Positions 40,748 to 50,746 are shown, numbered from the stretch's first letter. The stretch is 64,000 nt of DNA from Chthonomonadales bacterium (GCA_049967475.1 JBMFSQ010000002.1:96001-160000), one strand, 5' to 3'. Program-made: numbers and translations. The notes: generated by a model from the letters alone, not told the origin.

Positions 40748-41839
40748 ATGGCCGAACTGTTCGGACGCAGATACACACGCGAGGAACTTCTTGCCCATGT
40801 AGGGGATATCTCCCAAATCGCACGTGTCAAGCCGTACCGTCTCGTAGAAGGCCATGAGGACGGCGTCGCGGCGATGGACGTTGCCACGGGAGGCGGCCTC
40901 ACCTTCACCGTCCTAACCAGTCGGGGAATGGATATCTCTGCAGCGTCCTACAACGGCAGATCCCTCGCGTGGAGGTCGGCTACTACGGATCAACACCCCG
41001 CCTTTTTCGAACCCGAAGGCAGAGGGTGGCTGCGAACCTTCTACGGCGGCCTCGTCCTCACATGCGGCCTCACGTGGATGGGCGCTGCATGTGAAGACGA
41101 AGGCCGGCCGCTGGGCCTCCACGGGCGCATCAGCCATATCCCGGCAACCAACGTCCACTGGGAAGGATCCTGGGAAGGCGATGACTACGTTCTGACGGTA
41201 AGCGGCCGAATGCGCGAAGCCATCGTATTCGGCGAAAACGTCGAGCTGCACCGAACCATCCGAGCACGCCTAGGCGAGACCCGCTTCTTCCTGCATGACC
41301 GAGTGCGCAATATGGGATATCAGCGCACACCCCACATGATGCTCTATCACATCAACATCGGCTTTCCGATTGTGGACGACCATTCCCGCCTCATCGCGCC
41401 CAGCATCACCATCACCCCACGAGACGAAGACGCCGTTGAAGGCAAGGAGCAATACGCCCAGATGCAGCCTCCAACCCCCGGCTTCAGGGAAAAGGTTTAC
41501 TTCCACGACCTGCTGCCCGATGCGGAAGGCATGGTCACCACAGCCATCGTAAACCCCGCCTGTGACGGCGGTTTGGGAGTGTTCGTAACGTATCCTAAGC
41601 ACGAACTCCCCTTCTTCACGGAATGGAAGATGATGGACCAGGGGACGTATGTGGTGGGTATGGAACCCGGGAATGCACTCGTGCTGGGCCGCGCAGCCGA
41701 GCGCGCCGCAGGCCGCCTCCAATTCCTGGAACCGGGTGAAGAGCGGGAATACCATTTGGAAATCGGCGTGATTACAGAGGGGATCCGCATCCGCCAGCTC
41801 GAGGACGCAGCCGCCAAAGCTCCTCACCGCATCCTTTAG
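40748..41839 (+). CDS. DUF4432 / aldose-1-epimerase-like protein
   Basis: RGMDI, TCGL..MG, LHGRISH, LYHINIGFP and GMEPG motifs. Confidence 0.82.
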   Translation: MAELFGRRYTREELLAHVGDISQIARVKPYRLVEGHEDGVAAMDVATGGGLTFTVLTSRGMDISAASYNGRSLAWRSATTDQHPAFFEPEGRGWLRTFYGGLVLTCGLTWMGAACEDEGRPLGLHGRISHIPATNVHWEGSWEGDDYVLTVSGRMREAIVFGENVELHRTIRARLGETRFFLHDRVRNMGYQRTPHMMLYHINIGFPIVDDHSRLIAPSITITPRDEDAVEGKEQYAQMQPPTPGFREKVYFHDLLPDAEGMVTTAIVNPACDGGLGVFVTYPKHELPFFTEWKMMDQGTYVVGMEPGNALVLGRAAERAAGRLQFLEPGEEREYHLEIGVITEGIRIRQLEDAAAKAPHRIL

Positions 41840-41882
41840 CATCCGGTCGGAAGCTCGAGTACCAGAGGGTTGTTCCTACCCC

Positions 41883-41918
41883 TTTACAGCGCAAGGATAT
41901 TTGTGATATAATTCACAG
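41883..41918 (+). promoter_or_regulatory. Promoter with a Rex-like operator centred on the -10 box
   Basis: TTTACA-N18-TATAAT; TTGTGA-TATAAT-TCACAG at 41901-41918. Confidence 0.7.
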
Positions 41919-41983
41919 TGTACGTTCCGGCACCGCGGCGTCGGCAATGTCGGCGCTGCATAGCATCAAAGGATAGCGATACA

Positions 41984-43663
41984 ATGAACGCCAAACGCAT
42001 CCTCATCGTTGGAGGGGTAGCCGGCGGAATGAGCGCAGCCGCCCGCGCCCGCCGGCTCTCCGAAAACGCTGAGATAATCGTATTCGAACGAGGGCCCTAT
42101 CCCTCATTCGCCAATTGCGGCCTCCCATATTACCTGGGCGGCGAGATACCAGACCGTGACGACCTCCTCGTGCAGACGCCCCAAAACCTCCGGGCCCGCT
42201 TCAATCTGGACGTCCGCATACTCAACGAGGTGGTAGCCATAGACCGCGCAGCAAAGCAGGTGCGGATCCGCAGGCTGCAAACAGGTGAGGAGTATACCGA
42301 AGCCTACGATGCCCTGGTTTTGGCTCCCGGCGCCACTCCCCTCAAACCTCCCATACCAGGGATAGACCGGCCAGGTCATTTCGTTGTGCGCACGATCCCG
42401 GATGTGGAAGCCATGGATGCCTGGATCCGCTCCCGCCACCCCAAGCGCGCCCTCATTGTAGGCGGCGGGTTCATCGGCCTGGAGATGGCCGAACAGCTTA
42501 CGCGCAGAGGGCTGCACGTGTCCTTAGCCGAAGCACTTCCCCAGGTCATGAATGCCCTGGACGTAGAGATTGCAGCCCATATCCACGCCGAACTCACTGC
42601 CAACGGGGTGCATCTCTACCTGGGGGACCCGGTCATGCGCTTCGAGGACGGCGACGGCGCCTCAGTCGCCGTGTTGAAGAGTGGTCGAACGATCCCTGCC
42701 GATATCGTGGTGCTGGGGATGGGCGTCAAACCCGAAGTTACTCTGGCCCGGGATGCCGGGCTCGAGATCGGCGCCCTGGGTGGCATCCGGGTGAACGAAC
42801 GTCTGCAGACCTCGGATCCGGCCATTTGGGCCGTGGGCGACGCCATCGAAGTTCGGCATGCCATCACCGGGGAATGGAGCCTGGTACCGTTGGCAGGTCC
42901 GGCCAATCGCCAAGGCAGGTTGGCCGCTGATGCCATCATGGGCCGCCCCGTTCGCTTTGAGGGAGTGTTGGGTACCGGCATCGTGCGCACCTTCGGCATC
43001 ACTGCCGCCGGTGTGGGCGCCAGCGAGAAGCAGCTTCAGCATGCGGGGATGCCCTACGAAGCTGTTCATATTCACTCCATTTCGCACGCAGGGTATTACC
43101 CCGGCGCCAAGCCCATGACCCTCAAACTCCTTTTCGACCCTCGAGACGGCCGTGTGCTGGGCGCACAGATCGCCGGCCGTGATGGTGTAGACAAGCGCAT
43201 TGACGTGCTGGCTGCAGCGATCCACGGCCGAATGACCGTTCAGGACCTGGAAGATCTGGAACTGGCCTACTCACCCCCGTTCAGCTCAGCCCGGGACCCT
43301 GTGAACCTCGCGGGAATGGTAGCCAACAATGCCTTGAAGGGCGATGTGTCCTTGGTCCAGTGGAGGGATATCGAGCACACAGATCCTGAACGAACCCTGC
43401 TGCTAGACGTGCGCCAGCCGGAGGAATATCGCGCGGGACACATCCCAGGCGCCGTCAACATACCTCTTCCTGAACTCCGGCAGCGCCTGGGAGAACTCCC
43501 CAAGAACAAAGAAATCCTGGTCTATTGCGCGATAGGGCAGCGATCCTACTACGCATGCCGCATCCTCAGCGCCCACGGCATCCATGCCCGCAACCTTACC
43601 GGCGCCTACCGCACATGGCAAGCCGGCCGCAAAGGGCGCGACGGCGAGGTGTTCAAACCGTAG
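41984..43663 (+). CDS. CoA-disulfide/persulfide reductase with rhodanese domain (CoADR-RHD type)
   Basis: GGVAGG, SFANCGLPY (redox Cys), GGGFIG, YSPPF and a rhodanese domain (YCAIGQRS). Confidence 0.9.
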   Translation: MNAKRILIVGGVAGGMSAAARARRLSENAEIIVFERGPYPSFANCGLPYYLGGEIPDRDDLLVQTPQNLRARFNLDVRILNEVVAIDRAAKQVRIRRLQTGEEYTEAYDALVLAPGATPLKPPIPGIDRPGHFVVRTIPDVEAMDAWIRSRHPKRALIVGGGFIGLEMAEQLTRRGLHVSLAEALPQVMNALDVEIAAHIHAELTANGVHLYLGDPVMRFEDGDGASVAVLKSGRTIPADIVVLGMGVKPEVTLARDAGLEIGALGGIRVNERLQTSDPAIWAVGDAIEVRHAITGEWSLVPLAGPANRQGRLAADAIMGRPVRFEGVLGTGIVRTFGITAAGVGASEKQLQHAGMPYEAVHIHSISHAGYYPGAKPMTLKLLFDPRDGRVLGAQIAGRDGVDKRIDVLAAAIHGRMTVQDLEDLELAYSPPFSSARDPVNLAGMVANNALKGDVSLVQWRDIEHTDPERTLLLDVRQPEEYRAGHIPGAVNIPLPELRQRLGELPKNKEILVYCAIGQRSYYACRILSAHGIHARNLTGAYRTWQAGRKGRDGEVFKP

Positions 43664-43740
43664 CCCTGTTCGCGGGACTGCCGGTTCCATTCCTTCCCCG
43701 GCAGTCCCTTCTTCGTTGGAACTCCCACTGCCGGCTTCTC

Positions 43741-43769
43741 CTTACCCCAGGGGAACCTCCCGCCGATAA
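43741..43769 (+). promoter_or_regulatory. Possible sigma28-type promoter
   Basis: Perfect GCCGATAA -10 box preceded by CTTA at N17. Confidence 0.4.
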
Positions 43770-43962
43770 TCACACAAGGGGAAGCCCTAGCATGCCGCCG
43801 CACAGTCGCCCGAAGGTCCCTGGCCCAGAGGCGCCTGCCGGCAAACACTTCCTTCCGCCCGGCTCCGGGTAGAATACGCGCGAGGGCAGCTCAAGAGCCC
43901 GTGCGTGCGTTTTCCCTAGGTCCAGGCGGGCGGGCAGGAGGACGGCCATATCGCAGAGAATA

Positions 43963-43992
43963 TTGATAATGCATGCGCGCACCAGATAGAAT
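43963..43992 (+). promoter_or_regulatory. Sigma70-type promoter for glgA
   Basis: TTGATA-N18-TAGAAT. Confidence 0.55.
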
Positions 43993-44115
43993 CCAATTCG
44001 CGCCACCTCCATATAGATCGGAGCAGCGGCGTGTAAAGTACCCAACGAAACTCCGCGCGAAGGCGGCCGGAACTCCGTGACGGCCTCCGCCGGGGCAATC
44101 CATCAGGAAGGTTCA

Positions 44116-45603
44116 ATGTCCGATCGCAGGTTGAGAATACTCATTGCAGCGGCCGAGGTCGCTCCATTTGCCAAAGTAGGCGGCCTGGCCGACGTCGCCG
44201 GAGCCCTCCCGAAGGCGCTCGCCGCCCTCGGTCATGACGTCCGCGTGGTGATGCCTTGCTACAAGATGATCGAGCAGGACCCCCGCTTCGCCGTGTCCGA
44301 CCTGATCCCACCCTTCGATGTCCCCATAACCCAAGGATATTCCGAGCGGGCTTGGGTACGCCAGACCCATATCGGTTCCGAGATACCCGTTTACCTCGTG
44401 GCCTCGGACCGGTATTTTACCGAGGCTACAGAAAGTAAAAAGGTGTACTCGCTGCAGGCCGAGCCCTACATCTTCTTCGACCGTGCAGTCGCCGAAATGG
44501 TCCCCCATCTCTCGCCTGCGTGGCAGCCGGATATCATCCATTGCAACGATTGGCATACGGGGCTCATTCCGGTGTATATCGAGCTTTTCTACTCGCGCAC
44601 CCCGGAATGGTCTAGGGCGGCCCGCGTCTTCACCATTCACAACCTCGCCTACCAAGGCGAATTCCCGTTCGAGATGCTCCATCGGGCAGGATTGCCGGAA
44701 CGCCTGTTCACCTACGATAAATTGGAGTTCTTCGGTAACTGGAGCTTCATGAAGGGCGGCCTTGTATACTCCGACATGGTGAACACCGTCAGCAGAACCT
44801 ATGCCAAAGAGATCCAGACGCCGGAATACGGCTGCAGATTAGAGGGCCTTCTTCAATGGCTGGATCGTAACGGCCGCCTCACCGGCATCGTCAACGGGAT
44901 AGACTACGACGAGTACAATCCCGCCACTGATCCGCGCATCCCGGCACATTACTCCGCTGCCAAGCCTGACGGGAAGAAGAAATGCAAACAGGCGCTGCAA
45001 CGCGAAAGCGGCCTGAAGGTGGATGCCGCTACGCCCGTAATCGGCATTATCTCGCGCCTTGCAGACCAAAAAGGCTTCGATCTCATTGCATCCGTAGCAG
45101 ACGAGCTGATGGCTCTACCGCTGGAATTGGTGGTTTTGGGCACCGGCGACGAGCGCTACGAAAACCTCTTCCGTCGTTTGGAGAATGAGAACCCGGGCAA
45201 GGTGAAGGCGAACATCGGCTTCGACGCCGATTTAGCCCAGCGCATTTACGCAGGAAGCGACCTGTTCCTGATGCCTTCCCGTTTCGAGCCATGCGGCCTT
45301 GGCCAGCTCATGAGCCTTCGGTACGGAACGATCCCTATCGTCCGCAGCACAGGAGGTTTGGCCGACACGGTTACAGATTATTCAGACGGAAGGGGCAACG
45401 GTTTCGTATTCCAGGATTACGACCCGGGAGCCCTATTGGATGCCATAGAGCGGGCGATGAGTGTTTATAAGGATCGCAAGGCATGGAAGGTGCTGATACG
45501 CCGCGCCATGGAGGCCGATTATTCCTGGACGGCCTCAGCCAAGGAGTACGAACAGCTCTACCGCAGCGCCCAGGCGGCGCCCAGACCCGCCCAGGCCGCC
45601 TGA
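44116..45603 (+). CDS. glgA: Glycogen synthase
   Basis: KVGGLADV, HCNDWH, TIHNLAYQG, SRLADQKG and PSRFEPCGL motifs. Confidence 0.96.
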   Translation: MSDRRLRILIAAAEVAPFAKVGGLADVAGALPKALAALGHDVRVVMPCYKMIEQDPRFAVSDLIPPFDVPITQGYSERAWVRQTHIGSEIPVYLVASDRYFTEATESKKVYSLQAEPYIFFDRAVAEMVPHLSPAWQPDIIHCNDWHTGLIPVYIELFYSRTPEWSRAARVFTIHNLAYQGEFPFEMLHRAGLPERLFTYDKLEFFGNWSFMKGGLVYSDMVNTVSRTYAKEIQTPEYGCRLEGLLQWLDRNGRLTGIVNGIDYDEYNPATDPRIPAHYSAAKPDGKKKCKQALQRESGLKVDAATPVIGIISRLADQKGFDLIASVADELMALPLELVVLGTGDERYENLFRRLENENPGKVKANIGFDADLAQRIYAGSDLFLMPSRFEPCGLGQLMSLRYGTIPIVRSTGGLADTVTDYSDGRGNGFVFQDYDPGALLDAIERAMSVYKDRKAWKVLIRRAMEADYSWTASAKEYEQLYRSAQAAPRPAQAA

Positions 45604-45615
45604 CGGAGTGGGGAT

Positions 45616-45912
45616 ATGGTAGCATTGGTGGAGGCACTGCCGACACTGTTGGCTTCATTGGCGGCCCTCGCTGTGGGCCTCGCAAGCCTCACAGTGGGGG
45701 TATCCTTAAGCGTGTTTCTCACACGCTCAGTGTCGGCATTTGTTGTGTTCTGGGCAATCGGTGCCGTGATGCGCGCCCTTATGGCAGATGCTGCCCGAAC
45801 CGCCGAGAATGCAACAACCTCCAAGCACGAGACATTGGCGATCGAGCCGGGAACACCTGTGGCACAACTGCTTGAGGACGAGCAAGGACAACAGCAGGCG
45901 CACTCAGCCTGA
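45616..45912 (+). CDS. Small two-TM membrane protein upstream of fliA
   Basis: Two hydrophobic helices and a polar tail; lies between glgA and fliA. Confidence 0.6.
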   Translation: MVALVEALPTLLASLAALAVGLASLTVGVSLSVFLTRSVSAFVVFWAIGAVMRALMADAARTAENATTSKHETLAIEPGTPVAQLLEDEQGQQQAHSA

Positions 45913-45959
45913 AACCTCTGCCGGAGTGATCACCGCACGTGGAAGGAAAGTCTCGAGGT

Positions 45960-46733
45960 ATGAGCGGACCCGAGCTGGCCGCCGCCTGGCGCCGCTACAA
46001 GGAACAGGGCGACGCCGCAGCCCGGGACGCGATCATCAACCAGTATGCGTACCTAGTCAAGATCACGGCGGGTCGCGTCGTGGGGAGCCTTCCGCCTACT
46101 CTGGAGCGCGACGACCTCGTAAGCGCCGGTGTGGTCGGGCTCATCAAGGCTGTGGATCAGTTCGACGTGCACCGGCAGGTGAAGTTCGAAACCTATGCCA
46201 TCGCCCTCATCCGTGGGGCCATCCTCGAGATGCTCCGAGAGCAAGACTGGGTCCCCCGCTCCATCCGCGAACGCGTTAAGTCGTTGGAAAAAACCTATCT
46301 GGCGTTGGAAACCGCCCTCGGTCGCCCGCCCACAGAGCACGAAGTCGCACGCGAACTCAACATGACCCTAGAGGAGTTCAACAAACTCCTTATGGACACC
46401 GGTCGCACCACTCTCATCAGCCTGGATGATCTGCTCGTGGGATCCGAGGGGAGCGAACGCCTCCATCTATCCGACGTGATCCACGACGAGAGCGCCGCTC
46501 CCGCCGCCGAGGTGGAGATGCGCGAGATGAAGCGCACCCTTGCCGCAGCCATTGACCGGCTTCCGGAACGGGAACGCCTGGTCATTGCCCTGTATTACTA
46601 CGAAGGTCTCACATTCAAAGAGATCGGCAAGATCTTGGGCATCTCCGAATCCCGCGTCTACCAGCTCCATACCCAGGCAGTCATCCGCCTGCGCGGCTAC
46701 CTCCAACGCGACACGGCCCTCTTCCGCGGCTAA
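45960..46733 (+). CDS. fliA: Sigma28 factor (FliA/WhiG/SigD family)
   Basis: KFETYA...IRGAILE.LR..DWVPRSIR and ISESRVYQLH motifs. Confidence 0.93.
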   Translation: MSGPELAAAWRRYKEQGDAAARDAIINQYAYLVKITAGRVVGSLPPTLERDDLVSAGVVGLIKAVDQFDVHRQVKFETYAIALIRGAILEMLREQDWVPRSIRERVKSLEKTYLALETALGRPPTEHEVARELNMTLEEFNKLLMDTGRTTLISLDDLLVGSEGSERLHLSDVIHDESAAPAAEVEMREMKRTLAAAIDRLPERERLVIALYYYEGLTFKEIGKILGISESRVYQLHTQAVIRLRGYLQRDTALFRG

Positions 46734-46923
46734 TGTCCCCTCTCCCATTCCTCGGCAACCCAATCGCCTGCTCCTGCAATTTCTCCATGGGCGGTGCCAT
46801 CTTGCAAACAACCTCTCCCTCTGATATCATGATTATAGGTTGCGGCATGCAACCGCCGCAGCCGCATCCAATTGCAGAAAGATCGAGCTCGCAGTGCACC
46901 GCGGGGCTCAGAAATAGCGAGGC

Positions 46924-48534
46924 GTGAACAGCGCGTATCCAGTGAAACAACAACGCATCACCGATAATCTGGTACAACTGCTGGAAGTCCTTCCACCCTC
47001 AATCCGGCAGCATATCGAAACCACCGAGCCCCTGGACGATCTCCTTGAGATTGTACTGGACTTGGGCCGCATTCCCGAGGCGCGCTTCCCCAATCGGGTT
47101 ATCGAGCTGGGGCGGCAGCCTGTCACCAATGAAGACATCGAATATGTTGTGGGCCGCGTAGGTACCTTCGGCAAGGACAATCGAGCCGGCATCGAGAGGA
47201 CGCTACACCGCATCTCGGCAATCCGCAACCGCGTCGGGAAGATTGTAGGTCTTACCTGCCGCATCGGTCGAGCCGTTTACGGCACCATAGACATCATACA
47301 AGACGTGGTGGAGGGGGGTAAATCCATCCTCATCCTGGGGCGGCCTGGCCGCGGCAAAACGACGAAGCTGCGGGAAGTGGCGCGGGTTCTCTCGGAAGAG
47401 ATGCGCAAGCGTGTCGTCATCGTGGACACGTCCAATGAGATCGCAGGCGATGGGGATGTTCCCCACCCTGCGATAGGCCGTGCCCGCCGGATGCAGGTTG
47501 CGGAGCCCTCCCTTCAGCACGCTGTGATGATCGAGGCGGTAGAGAACCACATGCCCGAGGTCATCGTGATTGATGAGATCGGAACAGAGCAGGAGGCCTT
47601 CGCGGCGCGAACCATCGCAGAACGGGGCGTGCAGCTCATTGGTACCGCCCACGGCAACAGCCTCGAGAACCTGCTCATGAACCCTACCCTCTCAGACCTC
47701 GTAGGGGGCATCCAAGCCGTGACGCTCTCCGATGAAGAGGCGAAGCGGCGAGGAACGCAGAAAACCGTCCTTGAGCGCAAGTCACCTCCCACCTTCGATG
47801 TGGTTATCGAGATGATCGAGGTAGACAAACTTGCCATCCATCACGACGTGGCTTCCACCGTAGACGCGATCCTCAGAGGCCGTCAGCCCCGGCCCGAGAT
47901 CCGCGTGCGGAACCCATTGGGCGAGATCGAGGTAGTGCAGCGCCCGACCTCCGCACCGGCCATCCGCGAGATCCCAGAGGAAGGTCCTGCAGACGCAGGT
48001 GAACGTGAGGTGCCCCGCGCAGAACTCTCCTACCGCATGGCTCCGGCCCCCAGTTTGCGAAGGGAGGCGCCCACGACCCTTCGCGTTTTCCCCTATGGGG
48101 TGAGCCGGAGCCGGCTGGATCGGGCCATCCGCGAAACGCGCGTCCCCGCCTATATCGCCCGAGACGTGGATGAGGCGGATGTGGTCATGGCTCTCAAAGC
48201 CAGCTACCGCCGTGAACCCGGCAAGATGCGTGAGGCCGCGCAACGCAACCTTCCCACATTCATCGTCAAGAGCAATACGTACGCGCAGATTGCATCGGCT
48301 GTGCGCGACATGTTTCAGCTCGGCGCTCTGGAACAGGCCGATCCCGAGGAAGCCTTGCGCGAAGCGGAGGAGGGTATCCGTCGCGCCTTGGACACCGGCG
48401 AACCTGTGGAACTGACACCGCAAAACAGTTACCTTCGCCGCCTGCAGCATCAACTGGTAGAACGGTACCAGCTCGTGTCCGAAAGTGTTGGGGTGGAACC
48501 GCGCCGCCGCGTGCGCATCATGCCCGCCGCGTAA
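46924..48534 (+). CDS. Ycf45/SpoIIIAA-like AAA ATPase with a C-terminal R3H domain
   Basis: [31 protein letters not shown] and RRLQH motifs. Confidence 0.88.
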   Translation: MNSAYPVKQQRITDNLVQLLEVLPPSIRQHIETTEPLDDLLEIVLDLGRIPEARFPNRVIELGRQPVTNEDIEYVVGRVGTFGKDNRAGIERTLHRISAIRNRVGKIVGLTCRIGRAVYGTIDIIQDVVEGGKSILILGRPGRGKTTKLREVARVLSEEMRKRVVIVDTSNEIAGDGDVPHPAIGRARRMQVAEPSLQHAVMIEAVENHMPEVIVIDEIGTEQEAFAARTIAERGVQLIGTAHGNSLENLLMNPTLSDLVGGIQAVTLSDEEAKRRGTQKTVLERKSPPTFDVVIEMIEVDKLAIHHDVASTVDAILRGRQPRPEIRVRNPLGEIEVVQRPTSAPAIREIPEEGPADAGEREVPRAELSYRMAPAPSLRREAPTTLRVFPYGVSRSRLDRAIRETRVPAYIARDVDEADVVMALKASYRREPGKMREAAQRNLPTFIVKSNTYAQIASAVRDMFQLGALEQADPEEALREAEEGIRRALDTGEPVELTPQNSYLRRLQHQLVERYQLVSESVGVEPRRRVRIMPAA

Positions 48535-48568
48535 CGTCCCGACACCATCGCCGAACCCCTTGGAAAGG

Positions 48569-49279
48569 ATGGATGATACGGTGCCCCCTGAGCACGATGC
48601 AGGCGTGCAAATCAGCCGAGGCGTCTTCATTACCTTCGAAGGCGTAGAAGGCTCCGGCAAAAGCACCCAGATCGCTCTGCTCCAAGCCGCCGTGCGCCAG
48701 GGAGGCATCTCAGTGTCCTGCTTCCGGGAACCCGGCGGAACTCCGGCGGGCGAGCAGATACGCACGGTGCTCCTCTCGCACGAGGCCGACGTAACGCCGG
48801 CAGCGGAACTCTTCCTCTTCCTCGCGGCGAGGGCAGAACTGGTTGCCAAGGCCGTCGCCCCTGCCCTCGCCTCCGGCCGATGGGTGCTCTGCGACCGGTA
48901 CAGCGACTCCACACTGGCGTATCAGGGGTATGCTCGCGGATTTCCGCTGGATTGGCTTCGATCACTCAACCGCTTCGCCACCCAGAACGTGTCCCCATAC
49001 CTCACCATCCTGCTGGACCTGGATCCGCGGGTTGGGCTGGCACGCTCAACCGGACGCGACCGGATGGAAGCCGAGGACGAGGAATTCCACCGTCGCGTCC
49101 GCCAGGGCTTCCTGGACCTCGCAGGGCAGGAGCCTGAACGTTTCGTGGTGATAGATGGCACCCTCCCCGCGCAGCACATCCATCGCAAAGTGGTGGATGT
49201 GGTGTCCTCCCGCACCGGGGTACGGCTTCCGTGTTGCAGCGCCGGCGGAGAATGCGCCCCATCGCCGCACATGATCTAA
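48569..49279 (+). CDS. tmk: Thymidylate kinase
   Basis: FITFEGVEGSGKST, REPGGT and DRYSDS..AYQG motifs. Confidence 0.95.
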   Translation: MDDTVPPEHDAGVQISRGVFITFEGVEGSGKSTQIALLQAAVRQGGISVSCFREPGGTPAGEQIRTVLLSHEADVTPAAELFLFLAARAELVAKAVAPALASGRWVLCDRYSDSTLAYQGYARGFPLDWLRSLNRFATQNVSPYLTILLDLDPRVGLARSTGRDRMEAEDEEFHRRVRQGFLDLAGQEPERFVVIDGTLPAQHIHRKVVDVVSSRTGVRLPCCSAGGECAPSPHMI

Positions 49280-49290
49280 AGGAGAACGCT

Positions 49291-49620
49291 ATGAAGCTCG
49301 TCATCACCGTGGTGCACGATCGCGACAAGGCCCGCATCACCGAGGCCCTGTTGCGCAATGGGTTCAAGTTCACCAAGATCGGCAGCACCGGGGGGTTCCT
49401 GCGCGAGGGCAACGTGACCTTGCTCATCGGCGTAGAAGAGAAGCAAGTGGACCGAGTGATCGAGGTGATCGGCGAGAGCTGCAAGACGCGAGAACAGTTC
49501 GTGAACGTGCTCCCCCCCGATGCGGCTCCCGTGGGTACCTTCATGCCGTCGCCGGTGAAAGTGCTTGTGGGCGGAGCAGTCGTTTTTGTTGTAGATGTCG
49601 AGCGCTTCGAACGCTTCTGA
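49291..49620 (+). CDS. darA: PII-like cyclic-di-AMP receptor (DarA/PstA)
   Basis: TK..STGGFLREGN.TLLIGVE and VGGA.VFV motifs; follows tmk as in Firmicutes. Confidence 0.88.
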   Translation: MKLVITVVHDRDKARITEALLRNGFKFTKIGSTGGFLREGNVTLLIGVEEKQVDRVIEVIGESCKTREQFVNVLPPDAAPVGTFMPSPVKVLVGGAVVFVVDVERFERF

Positions 49621-49809
49621 ACGTTGCCAAATGCGGCAGAGCAACGGGCTGCAATCCTCTTTGAAGCGATTGGTGCCGTTCTTCGGGGTTGCGCACCGCC
49701 TGCGGGAGGTTTGTGCGTAAAGGAACGTTGCTGCGTACGGAACACCGTGGCGCCGTCGGCCGGTTGGGGGTAGTCTGGATAGCTCAGCGCCCCAGGTCGC
49801 AGCCAATCT

Positions 49810-50434
49810 TCCGAGACCGCAGCTTTGACCATAACTGGCGTTCCGTTGCCGTCATTTCGCGTCGGAGCCGCTGACGCTTGAGCAGGCTATCCCTGGGAGT
49901 GTCACTCCAGTCCCGATTGCCGCCCAGCGATCGAGGCCGGCATTTGGCAAGCACGAAGTGATCCGCCGTTAGCCAGAGGATTCGTTCGGATAGGGCATTG
50001 CGCAAGCCGACCATCGTCCCTCGGTAGGGTCTGCGCATCACGCGCAGCACCTGGTGCGGCGCGCCATCGTGCCCCAACACGAACTGGCCGGGCTGGACCT
50101 CTTCGATGGGCACAATGCGCAGACGGATATCCGCCCGCCTCACCTCCGCCGTGGACGGAATATCACCCCTCCTGGCCTCCCCCGTGGACGGGGGAGGAAG
50201 GGCGCCCTCCCCGCTCGCGGGGAGGGATGGGGTGGGGGTTCTGCCACCCGCGGACGAGATGGCCCCCCTCGTTGCCTTCCCCGTGTAAGGAATATCCCCC
50301 CTCCTAACCTCCCCCGTGGACGGGGGAGGAACAGCCCCCTCCCCGCCCGCGGGGAGGGATGGGGTGGGGGTTCTGTCACCGGTAGCCGGCGTTGGGGTGG
50401 GGGCAACCAGCCCCCCCGTCCCTCGGTGCACGTA
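49810..50434 (-). mobile_element. Degenerate intein (N-terminal Hint blocks plus a DUF559-like endonuclease fragment)
   Basis: YVHRGT directly after DFF (TAC where a Cys1 TGC is expected); VPIEEVQPGQFVLGHDG and LTADH Hint-like blocks; RQRLRREMT.TERQLWSKLR, the start of a DUF559-like domain. Confidence 0.65.
50125..50380. repeat. Two tandem 132-bp REP-like units, each with two GC-rich hairpins
   Basis: Near-identical cores at 50157-50248 and 50289-50380 containing CCTCCCCCGT-GG-ACGGGGGAGG and CCCTCCCCGC-NN-GCGGGGAGGG; degenerate 33-bp subrepeats. Confidence 0.85.
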
Positions 50435-50649
50435 GAAAAAATCCGCTACCAGGTCGCCCTCGTTGGAGGAGGCACGGATGATGCGTTCCAGCAGTGGTTC
50501 AGGCTGCTGAGTTGGGAAGCCGACGTTCTCTTTGCCGCTATCCACGTGCCGGGCGCGCCAAACTGGGGCTGGGATTTTGCCTCCTTCGTAACCATAGGCC
50601 TTGCGTACTGACACACCACCTGCGCCGAGTCCATCACAATAGCCTGCCT

Positions 50650-50746
50650 GCCAAACGATCAAGGTCAGCCGCCGCGGAGGTCGCAAGAGCCATGAACCTG
50701 GTCAAGCTGTAATGCCCCCGCGGTCTGCCGCAGAGCCTAGTTCGAC
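50650..50746 (-). mobile_element. Degenerate attC-like integron cassette recombination site
   Basis: The minus strand reads GTCGAAC...CCGCGGGGG...CCTCCGCGG...GTTTGGC, a 97-bp imperfect inverted repeat with AAC/GTT core ends overlapping the 3' end of a small ORF. Confidence 0.55.

Larger units (their letters stand above)
49760..50610 (-). pseudogene. Fragment of an N6-adenine/N4-cytosine DNA methyltransferase interrupted by an intein remnant
   Basis: GFPTQQPEPLLERIIRASSNEGDLVADFF, then an insert, then IGCDLGR*AIQTT with TGA where Trp is expected. The N-terminus and the GSGTT segment are missing. Confidence 0.75.

Noticed and set aside
50125..50380. Possible CRISPR array
   Set aside because: There are only two long units, no unique spacers of regular length and no cas genes. 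It is a REP-like tandem duplication.
49784..50686. A 300-aa ORF as a functional gene
   Set aside because: It is a mosaic of methyltransferase, repeat, Hint and DUF559 fragments with no credible start and a premature stop.
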